DNA of 64,000 bases from an uncultured Porphyromonadaceae bacterium (lineage in GTDB: Bacteria; Bacteroidota; Bacteroidia; Bacteroidales; Muribaculaceae): NCBI GenBank assembly GCA_902470475.1, contig CABRGT010000002.1:25046-89045 (forward strand), read 5' to 3'. Shown here one piece after another: positions 51,938 through 61,457 of this stretch; within the stretch, counting starts at the first letter, position 1, and every line of letters starts with the position of its first letter. The notes under the pieces are model-generated. The model made no database searches. It was given only the letters and a program-made list of their open reading frames with translations, and was not told the DNA's origin. Made by a program: the position numbers and the translations under genes.

Positions 51938-52780
51938 ATGAAAATATTCTACAGGGCACTCCTCGGCATCGGCATTCTGACTCTTGCAGGTTGCAGTGCA
52001 TCAAAAAAGGTTCCTTATATTGTGGATGCCGAAGCCATCCCGGCAGAAGTATTATCGGAGAGCACTCACGTCAATGATCCGACGCTCGCTCCGGGCGACC
52101 TGCTAAATATTGAAGTCACGTCGACCGACATGCAGGCCGTGATTCCTTTCAACAAAGGCATGTACATCACTGAGTCCGGAATCATCGGCCGCGCTTCGAC
52201 ATCGACCAACAATTACTCGCAGAACCTCGACGTCTCCACCGACTACTATCTTATCAACCAGGACGGCACCATCGACTTTCCTATCGTAGGCGTACTCCAG
52301 GCTGCCGGCAAGACCAAGCTCGAGCTCGCGCAGGAAATCACCGATGCCATATATCCCCAATATATCAAGGAGAAACCGAAAGTTGAAATCCGTCTGATGA
52401 ACTTCCGCGTCGTCGTGACAGGTGCTGTGAAAACCCCCGGCATATATCAGAGCCACAACGAGCGCATGAACTTCTTCGAAGCCATTGCTCTTGCCGGCGA
52501 CCTTGACATCAAGGGCGACCGCGAGAACATTCTGCTCTACCGCACCAACAGCGACGGAACGCGTGAAGTTCACAAAATCGACATTCACGACCGCAACTTC
52601 CTGCTCTCTCCCTATTTCGGACTGCAGCAGAACGATATCATATATGTCGCTCCCAACAAATCCATGGCGGCCAACGCATGGCAGCTGAATCCCGGTGTCT
52701 CGGCCACAATTACTTTCGTTGGCGGCATATCGTCACTCGCATCGCTTGTTATCGGTATCATCAATCTTACCCAGAACTAA
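51938..52780 (+). CDS. wza: Polysaccharide export lipoprotein (Wza/OPX)
   Basis: Lipobox LAGC; PGDLLNIEV, DGTIDFPIVG, GAVKTPG, EAIALAGDL, LQQNDIIYV. Confidence 0.92.
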   Translation: MKIFYRALLGIGILTLAGCSASKKVPYIVDAEAIPAEVLSESTHVNDPTLAPGDLLNIEVTSTDMQAVIPFNKGMYITESGIIGRASTSTNNYSQNLDVSTDYYLINQDGTIDFPIVGVLQAAGKTKLELAQEITDAIYPQYIKEKPKVEIRLMNFRVVVTGAVKTPGIYQSHNERMNFFEAIALAGDLDIKGDRENILLYRTNSDGTREVHKIDIHDRNFLLSPYFGLQQNDIIYVAPNKSMAANAWQLNPGVSATITFVGGISSLASLVIGIINLTQN

Positions 52781-52784
52781 ACAC

Positions 52785-55178
52785 ATGTCTGAAGAACTGA
52801 AATCAAGAGTCGGAGAGAACAAAGGCCCCATCGAAGAGGTGATGGACACCACGGGCCTGTTGCTCGATTATCTGGCAAACTGGAAATGGTTTGTGCTCAG
52901 CGTCGTGCTGTGCGTCATCGGCGCCTACTTCTATATCGCCACGATCGTACCCACATATCAGGTCAACGCGTCGATCTACCTCAACAGCGAGAATACCCAG
53001 TCAAAAGAAGCTTTCGCCCTCAATCCGGAGAACCCGCTTCTGAACAAGAAGAATTTTATCGACGAGACTGAGCTCGAGATCCTCAAATCACGCAACAACG
53101 TAATCAGCATCGTCGACTCGCTGCAGATGGCCTACTCATACTGGCGTGTCGGAAACCTGCGCGACATCCCCATGTACAATGACCGCGCAATCGACGCAAA
53201 AATGGATTCGATCGCCCTCGATGATCTCATCGACCCGATCACCATCACGGTATCTAACTCTTCGGAAGAAGGTAAGTACAACCTCAAGGCCAGCACCGTT
53301 TTCAACGAGATTGAGGAAGAAAAGGAATTCGATGCTGTCAGCCTCCCCTACACGATCGATCTGACATGCGGCTCCGTTACTGTCTCACGTGTCGAGCAGG
53401 TTCCCGAGCTTGAGGGCACACAGAAAGTTATCGTGCGCAATCCCCGTTCCGTGGCCAAGACTCTTTCAAGCGCCCTCAACATTGAATTCGCCGAAAAAGC
53501 GCCCACCATCGTGCGCATCAGCTACAACACGCCTATTCCTCGCGAGGGTATCGACGTGATCAACACGCTTGTCGATTTCTACAACCGTCAGATCATCGCC
53601 GACAAGAACCGCTCCGCACTCCAGACCGAAGCGTTCATTCTTGACCGTCTGGTTATGATCAACGACGAACTCCGCGACGTCGAACAGCGCCTTCAGGATT
53701 ACCGCCAGGCACACAACATCTCGGATCTACAGCAGCAGGTTTCGACCAATCTCGCCACTACAAAGACCACACAGACCCAGCTTGCCGAAATCGAAGCCGA
53801 AGCCACGATCATCAACGACATCGAAAACACTATCCGCAAGGCCAACAATTACGATCCTCTGCCTGCCGTGACAACTAACACCACACTCAACCAGGTGATC
53901 GTGAAATACAATCAGAAGATCAGCCGCCTGACCCGAATGCTCGAGACATCGACGCCCGACAACCCTCTGGTTCGTACACTCCAGGAGGAACTCACGCGCG
54001 ACAAGGCCGATATTCTGCAGAGTGTAGCATCAGTGAAGCGCGGTATACAGGCCCGCCGCAGCAACGTGGCAGCCATCGAAGGCCAGAGCCAGAGCCAGCT
54101 CTCGGCTCTCCCCCCGGTCGACAAGGGCCTGCAGGAAATCTTCCGCGAACAGCAGGTAAAGGTCAATATCTACACATTCCTCCTTCAGAAGCGCGAGGAA
54201 ATCGCCCTCCAGAAGACGCTTGCAACTCCTACCGCCCGTCTGATCGACGATCCGAGCTCTACCGGCCCCGTAAGTCCGCGCCGTGTTGTCATCTACTTCC
54301 TTGCACTGATTCTCGGTCTCGCCATTCCGGCCGCAATCATCTTCCTGAAGCGCTTCTTCTTCCCCATCTATAAGGATCAGGAAGAACTGCAGCGACTTAC
54401 CAACGTACCTATCATCGGCGAAATCTCGTCTGACACTTCCAAGGACGACAATCCTATCGTCGTAGGGCCGAACGTCTCGACCCCGATCGCCGAGCTCTTC
54501 CGCCTGCTGCGCAACAATATCGGATTCACCAAGAACGGAGCCAACAAGAAAGTGATCCTTGTGACCTCATCGATCTCAGGCGAAGGCAAGACATTCATTG
54601 CCACCAATCTTGCACTCACATACGCACTCACCGGCAAGAAAGTGGTAGTGGTAGGCATGGACATCCGTCGCCCCGTGCTCGCGCACAAGTTCGGACTCAA
54701 CAACCAGCAGGGCGTCACGACATTCCTTTCCGGACAGGTAGCCGACATAAACACGCTGCTTCACAAGAGTAAGCTCAGCGACAATCTTTACATCCTTCCC
54801 GCCGGCCCCGTTCCCCCGAATCCCAACGAGTTGCTTCTCAGCGACAACATGGCGCGGATGATGTCGCAGCTGCGCGATGACTTCGATTACGTGATCCTGG
54901 ATACCGCCCCCATAGGCGTGATCTCCGACTCGTTCCTTATCATCCCCTACTCCGACATCCAGCTTTATGTCACACGCGCCTCGTACTCGACCAAGAGCTG
55001 CCTGAAAGTCCTCCACCAGGCCATACGCGACAACCGCCTGAACGATCCTTATATTGTGCTCAACGGCGTCGACATGACCTCCGGCTCGTACTCCTACCGC
55101 AAATACGGACATTACTACCGCGGTGCGAATTCCACCTACGGCTACGGCTATTCAAGCTCAAGCAAAGACAAAGCCTGA
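52785..55178 (+). CDS. wzc: Polysaccharide co-polymerase / BY-kinase (Wzc)
   Basis: 2 TM; Walker A SISGEGKT; DIRRP; ILDTAP; Tyr-rich tail YSYRKYGHYY..YGYGY. Start ATG 52785. Confidence 0.93.
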   Translation: MSEELKSRVGENKGPIEEVMDTTGLLLDYLANWKWFVLSVVLCVIGAYFYIATIVPTYQVNASIYLNSENTQSKEAFALNPENPLLNKKNFIDETELEILKSRNNVISIVDSLQMAYSYWRVGNLRDIPMYNDRAIDAKMDSIALDDLIDPITITVSNSSEEGKYNLKASTVFNEIEEEKEFDAVSLPYTIDLTCGSVTVSRVEQVPELEGTQKVIVRNPRSVAKTLSSALNIEFAEKAPTIVRISYNTPIPREGIDVINTLVDFYNRQIIADKNRSALQTEAFILDRLVMINDELRDVEQRLQDYRQAHNISDLQQQVSTNLATTKTTQTQLAEIEAEATIINDIENTIRKANNYDPLPAVTTNTTLNQVIVKYNQKISRLTRMLETSTPDNPLVRTLQEELTRDKADILQSVASVKRGIQARRSNVAAIEGQSQSQLSALPPVDKGLQEIFREQQVKVNIYTFLLQKREEIALQKTLATPTARLIDDPSSTGPVSPRRVVIYFLALILGLAIPAAIIFLKRFFFPIYKDQEELQRLTNVPIIGEISSDTSKDDNPIVVGPNVSTPIAELFRLLRNNIGFTKNGANKKVILVTSSISGEGKTFIATNLALTYALTGKKVVVVGMDIRRPVLAHKFGLNNQQGVTTFLSGQVADINTLLHKSKLSDNLYILPAGPVPPNPNELLLSDNMARMMSQLRDDFDYVILDTAPIGVISDSFLIIPYSDIQLYVTRASYSTKSCLKVLHQAIRDNRLNDPYIVLNGVDMTSGSYSYRKYGHYYRGANSTYGYGYSSSSKDKA

Positions 55179-55204
55179 GACATAGTAGGCATAACCATCT
55201 ATAC

Positions 55205-55244
55205 GCGGTGCCTTGCGAACAAACGCAAGGCACCGCTTGTTTTT
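55205..55244 (+). terminator. Terminator after wzc
   Basis: GCGGTGCCTTGCG-N6-CGCAAGGCACCGC followed by TTGTTTTT. Confidence 0.82.
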
Positions 55245-55272
55245 AATTCATTAAAACTAAAAAATCACAATT

Positions 55273-55968
55273 ATGAAAAAGTATCTGGCCGAAGGAATCG
55301 GCACCATGTTTCTCGTGATTCTGGCATGCGGCAGCGCCGTCCTCGCAGGCCCGTCGATCGGCGGCCTCGGCATAGGTCTTTGCTTCGGCCTTGTGCTTCT
55401 ATGCCTCTGTTACTGCATAGGTGGCATCTCAGGATGCCACGTCAATCCGGCGGTATCGTTCGCAATGTTCCTTTCCGGCCGGATGAAAGGGTCGGAATGC
55501 GTCGGCTATATCATATCACAGTTTATCGGCGCCACCATCGGCGCGGGATTCCTGTACTGTCTCACCGAAATGGGTATCGGATACCATTACGGAGGCACCA
55601 CCGAGGCATCCCATAGCTTCCTGGCCACCAACGTGCTTCAGCCCGGGGCCACACCCATGATGGCCCTGCTCACCGAGGGCCTTCTGACCTTCTTCTTCGT
55701 ACTTGTAGTGCTCGGCGCTACTGATTCGCGCGTGTCATTCACCAAGTTCGGTGGCATCGCCATCGGTCTCGCACTCGGCCTTGTCAACATCGTCGGAATT
55801 CCCGTCGACAACTGTTCGGTAAACCCGGCCCGTTCGTTCGGTCCGGCCGTATTCGACCCGACGGCCTGGGGCGATTTCTGGATCATGCTCGTAGGCCCGG
55901 CCGTTGGCGCAGTCATCGCCGTACTGGCATGGAAAGCGATATCAGCCTCCAAAGCACCGGTTGAATAA
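55273..55968 (+). CDS. aqpZ: Aquaporin (MIP family)
   Basis: ISGCHVNPAVS and SVNPARSFGPA (two NPA motifs). Confidence 0.93.
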   Translation: MKKYLAEGIGTMFLVILACGSAVLAGPSIGGLGIGLCFGLVLLCLCYCIGGISGCHVNPAVSFAMFLSGRMKGSECVGYIISQFIGATIGAGFLYCLTEMGIGYHYGGTTEASHSFLATNVLQPGATPMMALLTEGLLTFFFVLVVLGATDSRVSFTKFGGIAIGLALGLVNIVGIPVDNCSVNPARSFGPAVFDPTAWGDFWIMLVGPAVGAVIAVLAWKAISASKAPVE

Positions 55969-55990
55969 TCCGATGCCGTTATAATACCGT

Positions 55991-56024
55991 CGGGCTGCCG
56001 GGCATTCCGGCAGCCCGGCTTTTA
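55991..56024 (+). terminator. Terminator after the aquaporin gene
   Basis: CGGGCTGCCGG-N5-CCGGCAGCCCG then GCTTTT. Confidence 0.7.
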
Positions 56025-56621
56025 TTCAAATTCCAGAATTCCGAGATTCACTGCAATCCCGAGCATTTCAGCCAGAATCCGTTTGAGATCCGTTGCCGGA
56101 GTCGCCTCACCGTCGATCAATGGCTCGGACTGCACGTCGCAGATCTGCGATATCTGCTCCAATAGCGGATCTGATGCGCCGCCATACGAATTCATCAGAA
56201 ATCCTGTCATGGAAAGCAGCATCTTACCCGATTCGTGTGTCTGATCGTTGATGGGAAGAGTATCGAGTGCCGACATCTCCGCAATCAGCATCGTCTTAAG
56301 CAGTGCGACGAGTGCGCCACGGCATTCCGCTCGCTCCGTCACGCGGCATATATCGGCCGTGCAGACCGACAGCAACGCGCACGAAAGCGCTTGCACCGGT
56401 GCCGAGGCCATCAGCAGGCAGCGGACATGCGTGTCGGCAGCCACAAGAAACTGTTTGACATCCGCATCCGGCTGCTTCGCCGGAATCTCAGCCGACAGCC
56501 GCTTCAAAGCCGCATCGGCTGTGGCCAGCGCCTCGGCCGACAGGCGCAGTGCCGATTCCAGATCTCCGGCCGCCAGACTCGCGACCGTGTCATCAAGCAA
56601 GGTTCTGATCTTATCTTCCAT
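56022..56621 (-). CDS. Hypothetical all-helical protein
   Basis: Start reassigned to ATG 56621 (MEDKIRTLL), with TAACTTTG at 56630-56637; Ala/Leu-rich helical composition. Confidence 0.6.
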   Translation of the reverse strand: MEDKIRTLLDDTVASLAAGDLESALRLSAEALATADAALKRLSAEIPAKQPDADVKQFLVAADTHVRCLLMASAPVQALSCALLSVCTADICRVTERAECRGALVALLKTMLIAEMSALDTLPINDQTHESGKMLLSMTGFLMNSYGGASDPLLEQISQICDVQSEPLIDGEATPATDLKRILAEMLGIAVNLGILEFE

Positions 56622-56711
56622 AGCGGCGTCAAAGTTACAAATAATCCGCCAAAAGAAAAAATACACCCCCCGGCAATGGCCGTGCGCGAATAAATTGCTA
56701 ACTTTGCACTG

Positions 56712-58553
56712 ATGTTAGGAATAAAGCGACTCGACACATTCATGCTTCAGCGTTTTCTGCCGCTGCTGGTGATGACGTTCTTTATCTGCCTGTTCATCGT
56801 GCTGATGCAATTTCTGTTCCGCATGATCGATGACCTGGTGGGCAAAGGGCTCAGTTTCGATATTCTGAGCGAACTGTTCTTCTATGCGGCCCTCACGATG
56901 GTACCCACAGCGCTACCGCTGGCCGTGCTGCTGGCATCGCTGATGGTGTTCGGCAACCTGGGCGAGAAACTTGAGCTGACGGCTATGAAAGCCGCCGGCA
57001 TCTCACTGTTCCGCATCATGAGGCCCCTCATCGTGCTTATGGCATTCATTGCTGTCGGCGCTTTCTTTTTCCAGAACAATGTGCTCCCGCTGGCCCAGTC
57101 CAGGATGTGGACCCTCATGTTCTCCGTGCGCCAAAAGACCCCCGAAGTCGAGATTCCCGAGAAATCGTTCTACGACGATATCCCCAATATGAACCTCTAC
57201 GTCGACCATAAGAATCCCGAGACAGGCATGCTCTACGGCATGATACTCTATGACCTCACGCGCGGCAATGAAAACGCACGCGTCATTCTTGCCGATTCCG
57301 GTAAATTCAGTTTCACCGAGGACAAGACACGCCTGTTCCTGCAACTGCATCACGGCGAGATGTTCGAGAATCTTAACGACAATTCGCTCGGCTCGGGAAC
57401 TACCGGCTACATGCCATTCCGGCGCGAAGGATTCAGCGACAAACAGATCTATTTCCCCTTCGACGCCAACTTCAACCGCATGGACGAAAGCGGCATCCGC
57501 TCGCAGTATGTAGGCCAGAACATCACCCAGCTCCGCCATTCGATCGACTCCATCAGCCGCAAAGTCGACTCCATCGGCACCGTCTACAGCAACGACCTCC
57601 TCACGACGCCTTACGTAGGCACCGTCACCCACCGCATGACATACGACTCCGTTGGCAAAGCCTCCATAGAACCTGTCACGGTCGACAGCGGTGTGCGCAA
57701 GACCGTGGCCTCAATGGGCGCGGTCGACCTTGACTCCGTATTCAACGCACCGACAGCCGCCTACGCCAAGACCTACCTCAGCCAGGCGCTGTCCGACGCC
57801 CGGCGATCGCGCCAGGAATTCGAATACCGCGCGCTCACTCTTACCGAGCAGGCCAAGCTGATGCGCCGCCACGACATCGAGATGCAGCGCAAGTTCACCC
57901 TGTCGTTTGCCGTACTGGTATTCTTTTTCATCGGCGCCCCCCTCGGAGCCATCATCAAGAAAGGTGGCCTCGGCACCCCGCTCGTGATCTCAGTCTTCCT
58001 CTTCATCATTTACTATATCTTCGACAACATGGGCTACAAGATGGCACGCGACGGGCGTCTCGACGTGTGGGAAGGCATGTGGCTCAGTACCGCCGTACTG
58101 CTGCCGCTCGGCATATTCTTCACCTCCAAGGCCATCGACGACTCCGCCGTATTCAACGCCGACGCCTACCGGCTCTTCTTCAACCGTCTCATCGGCCGAC
58201 AGCCTAAGCGCTCGCTCGAGATGAAGGAAATCGTGATGAACGAGGTCGACCCACATACCGCCCTGCAGATGCTCACGGAATTCATGACCGGCGTCGACGC
58301 CGCCATCGCATCCACAAAACGCCACGCGCTGCTGTCGCGTTTCATCAAGCTGCGTCCCGTAAAGCTACTGCACGAGCCGCTCAATGTCATTGTGGAATAT
58401 CTGTCCAATTCGACCGACGCGCACGTCATAAGTCTCCTCAACCGATACCCCTTCGAACCGACCCGGCGCACACTCGGCTCCATAGCCGAGACAACCGGCC
58501 GCCTCATTGCGTTGTTTACAAAAGAAACCGAACAAGAAAACACTACCGAATAA
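56712..58553 (+). CDS. LPS export permease LptF/LptG family
   Basis: [57 protein letters not shown]. Confidence 0.92.
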   Translation: MLGIKRLDTFMLQRFLPLLVMTFFICLFIVLMQFLFRMIDDLVGKGLSFDILSELFFYAALTMVPTALPLAVLLASLMVFGNLGEKLELTAMKAAGISLFRIMRPLIVLMAFIAVGAFFFQNNVLPLAQSRMWTLMFSVRQKTPEVEIPEKSFYDDIPNMNLYVDHKNPETGMLYGMILYDLTRGNENARVILADSGKFSFTEDKTRLFLQLHHGEMFENLNDNSLGSGTTGYMPFRREGFSDKQIYFPFDANFNRMDESGIRSQYVGQNITQLRHSIDSISRKVDSIGTVYSNDLLTTPYVGTVTHRMTYDSVGKASIEPVTVDSGVRKTVASMGAVDLDSVFNAPTAAYAKTYLSQALSDARRSRQEFEYRALTLTEQAKLMRRHDIEMQRKFTLSFAVLVFFFIGAPLGAIIKKGGLGTPLVISVFLFIIYYIFDNMGYKMARDGRLDVWEGMWLSTAVLLPLGIFFTSKAIDDSAVFNADAYRLFFNRLIGRQPKRSLEMKEIVMNEVDPHTALQMLTEFMTGVDAAIASTKRHALLSRFIKLRPVKLLHEPLNVIVEYLSNSTDAHVISLLNRYPFEPTRRTLGSIAETTGRLIALFTKETEQENTTE

Positions 58554-58557
58554 AGAT

Positions 58558-59772
58558 ATGGAAGAAAAGATACAGCTCGACAAGATCGAGGACGCCATTC
58601 ACGACTTTAAGGAAGGCAAAATGGTCATTGTGGTCGATGACGAGGACCGCGAGAACGAAGGCGACCTCATTGTCGCCGCCGAGAAGATCACACCCGAACA
58701 GGTGAACTTCATGCTCAAGAATGCACGCGGCGTCCTCTGCGCTCCTATCACTGTCGACCGCTGCGAGGAACTCGGCCTGCCGCACCAGGTCGACAACAAT
58801 ACTTCGGTACTCGGCACACCATTCACCGTGACCGTCGACAAACTCGAAGGCTGCTCCACCGGCGTCAGCATCCACGACCGCTGCGCCACAATCCGCGCCC
58901 TGGCCGATCCCGCCAGCACCGCCGCCACTTTCGGCCGTCCCGGCCATATCAACCCCCTCTACGCTCAGCCGCAGGGTGTGCTCAAGCGCTCGGGACACAC
59001 CGAGGCCGCTGTCGATCTCGCACGCCTCGCCGGCCTCGCCCCGGCTGCCGCTCTTATGGAAATCATGAGCGACGACGGCAGCATGGCACGCCTCCCCGAA
59101 CTGAAAGAGCGCTCCCGCGAATGGGGCCTCAGACTCATCTCCATCCGCGACCTGATAGCATACCGCCTCCGCAACGAGCAACTCGTCGAGATGGGCGTCG
59201 AAGTCGACATGCCCACCGCCTACGGCCACTTCCGCCTTATCCCCTTCCGTCAGAAGGACAACGGACTTGAACACATCGCCATCATCAAGGGCGATGTCAG
59301 CGGCGGCGACCCCGTGCTGGTGCGCGTACACTCATCATGCGCCACCGGCGACATTTTCGCCTCAAAGCGCTGCGACTGCGGCGAACAGCTCCACCGTGCC
59401 ATGGAGATGATCGAAAAGGAAGGCCGCGGAGCCATCGTCTACCTCAATCAGGAAGGTCGTGGCATCGGCCTTATGGATAAAATCAAGGCCTACAAGCTGC
59501 AGGAAGAAGGCCTCGATACCGTCGAAGCCAACCTCCACCTGGGGCATGCGGCCGACGAGCGCGATTACGGCGTGGGCGCACAGATTCTGAATCTGCTCGG
59601 CATCAAAAAAATGCGCCTCATGACAAACAATCCCGTCAAACGCCGTGGACTTGAAGGATTCGGCCTCGAAGTCATCGAGAACGTACCTATCGAAGTCACT
59701 CCCAACGAATACAACCGCCGCTACATGTCCACAAAGAAGACCCGAATGGGGCACGACCTCTCCGAAGTCTGA
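58558..59772 (+). CDS. ribBA: Bifunctional DHBP synthase / GTP cyclohydrolase II
   Basis: [52 protein letters not shown]. Start ATG 58558. Confidence 0.97.
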   Translation: MEEKIQLDKIEDAIHDFKEGKMVIVVDDEDRENEGDLIVAAEKITPEQVNFMLKNARGVLCAPITVDRCEELGLPHQVDNNTSVLGTPFTVTVDKLEGCSTGVSIHDRCATIRALADPASTAATFGRPGHINPLYAQPQGVLKRSGHTEAAVDLARLAGLAPAAALMEIMSDDGSMARLPELKERSREWGLRLISIRDLIAYRLRNEQLVEMGVEVDMPTAYGHFRLIPFRQKDNGLEHIAIIKGDVSGGDPVLVRVHSSCATGDIFASKRCDCGEQLHRAMEMIEKEGRGAIVYLNQEGRGIGLMDKIKAYKLQEEGLDTVEANLHLGHAADERDYGVGAQILNLLGIKKMRLMTNNPVKRRGLEGFGLEVIENVPIEVTPNEYNRRYMSTKKTRMGHDLSEV

Positions 59773-59923
59773 TCCGCGACGTAAGAATCTGTTAAAAAGC
59801 GTTTTCAACGCAACATCCGCCGACAATACACGTTATTCTTAAGAATTTTATTCTTGAGAGGATACATAATTCGATATTTTTTTGTAACTTTGCACGAATT
59901 AGCATCTATTCGGTATTTTAAAG

Positions 59924-60784
59924 ATGAGACAACTAAAAATTACAAAATCAATCACCAACCGCGAAAGCGCGTCACTTGACAAATACCTTCAGGAAATCGG
60001 CCGCGAGGAACTGATCTCCGTCGACGAGGAAGTTGAGCTCGCACAGCGCATCAAGCAAGGTGATCAGGCGGCACTCGACAAACTTACGCGTTCCAATCTT
60101 CGATTTGTAGTTTCCGTAGCCAAGCAGTACCAGAATCAGGGCCTGTCGCTACCCGACCTTATCAACGAAGGCAATGTTGGCCTCATAAAGGCAGCCAGAA
60201 AGTTTGACGAAACCCGCGGATTTAAGTTCATCTCTTACGCCGTTTGGTGGATTCGCCAGTCTATCCTTCAGGCTCTCGCCGAGCAATCGCGCATCGTTCG
60301 TCTGCCGCTCAACCAGGTCGGATCGCTCAACAAGATCAGCAAGGCCCTCTCGAAATTCGAGCAGGAGAACGAGCGCCGTCCTTCACCCGAGGAACTTGCC
60401 GAAAGCCTCGACGTTCCTGTTGAAAAAATCGCCGACACGCTTAAGGTGTCGGGCCGACACATCTCGGTCGACGCTCCTTTCGTCGAGGGCGAGGACAACA
60501 GCCTGCTCGACGTCCTTACCAACGAGGACTCACCAATGGCCGACGCCACCCTCAACCAGGAGTCGCTCTCCAACGAAGTGGACCGCGCCCTGCGTCAGCT
60601 CCACGAGCGCGAGCGCGAGATCCTCAAGATGTTCTTCGGCATAGGTTGCCAGGAGATGACACTTGAGGAGATCGGCGCCAAGTTCGAGCTCACACGCGAG
60701 CGCGTACGCCAGATCAAGGAAAAGGCAATCCGCCGCCTCAAAGGCCAGAAGAGCCGTCTGCTTAAATCCTATCTCGGACAATAA
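59924..60784 (+). CDS. rpoD: Primary sigma factor, Bacteroidetes short type (lacks region 1.1)
   Basis: [63 protein letters not shown]; 286 aa. Confidence 0.95.
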   Translation: MRQLKITKSITNRESASLDKYLQEIGREELISVDEEVELAQRIKQGDQAALDKLTRSNLRFVVSVAKQYQNQGLSLPDLINEGNVGLIKAARKFDETRGFKFISYAVWWIRQSILQALAEQSRIVRLPLNQVGSLNKISKALSKFEQENERRPSPEELAESLDVPVEKIADTLKVSGRHISVDAPFVEGEDNSLLDVLTNEDSPMADATLNQESLSNEVDRALRQLHEREREILKMFFGIGCQEMTLEEIGAKFELTRERVRQIKEKAIRRLKGQKSRLLKSYLGQ

Positions 60785-60805
60785 TCCGAATCACAGACAG
60801 AAATC

Positions 60806-60853
60806 AAAAAACCGGGGCTTCCGCACACACGCGCAAGCCCCGGTTCCGTTTTT
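60806..60853. terminator. Bidirectional terminator between rpoD and pnuC
   Basis: AAAAAACCGGGGCTT...AAGCCCCGGTT..TTTTT. Confidence 0.75.
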
Positions 60854-60866
60854 ATCAGTTCCGTTC

Positions 60867-61445
60867 TCAGCCGGCCTTCATCAGCCGCAGCCATTTGCGG
60901 TAGCCGAAGACGGCTATGACGGTGTATACTGCGTAAAGCGAGGCATAGAGATAGATACCCTTGTAGATGTAAAGCCCCACACACACGGCATCAACTATCA
61001 GCCACGCCAGCCACTGCTCTGCATACTTGCGGGCCATCATCCACAGAGCCACGATGCTCAGAGCTGTCGTGAAAGCATCCGCCACCGGCACCGTGCTGTC
61101 CGTGAAATGCGACAGCACATACCATATCAGCCACCACAGAGCACACGTAGCGGCCACGCAGCCTCCGCCGACTGCCGTAGGCAGATGCGTGATCCTCAAT
61201 GCGGGGCGCTCCGAATCCTTACAGCTGCGCACCGTCCAGGCTATATACCCATACACGGCGATCACCACATAATAGATGTTGATTGCAAAATCGGCATACA
61301 GGCCCTTGCGGAAATAAAGCCACATCGAGATCATCGGCATCACCACCGACGCTATCCACACCTGAGGCTTGGCATAGTACTCAAGCACCAGGTATACCAC
61401 TCCGATGGCGAAGCCGAGGATCTCGATGAAAAGGTCAAATGACAT
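60867..61445 (-). CDS. pnuC: PnuC-family transporter, probably the thiamine permease PnuT
   Basis: GLYADFAIN.YY...YGYIAW, DAFTTALSIVALWMMARKYAEQWLAW; lies in a TPP-riboswitch operon. Confidence 0.9.
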   Translation of the reverse strand: MSFDLFIEILGFAIGVVYLVLEYYAKPQVWIASVVMPMISMWLYFRKGLYADFAINIYYVVIAVYGYIAWTVRSCKDSERPALRITHLPTAVGGGCVAATCALWWLIWYVLSHFTDSTVPVADAFTTALSIVALWMMARKYAEQWLAWLIVDAVCVGLYIYKGIYLYASLYAVYTVIAVFGYRKWLRLMKAG

Positions 61446-61457
61446 TTCTTGACTCTA

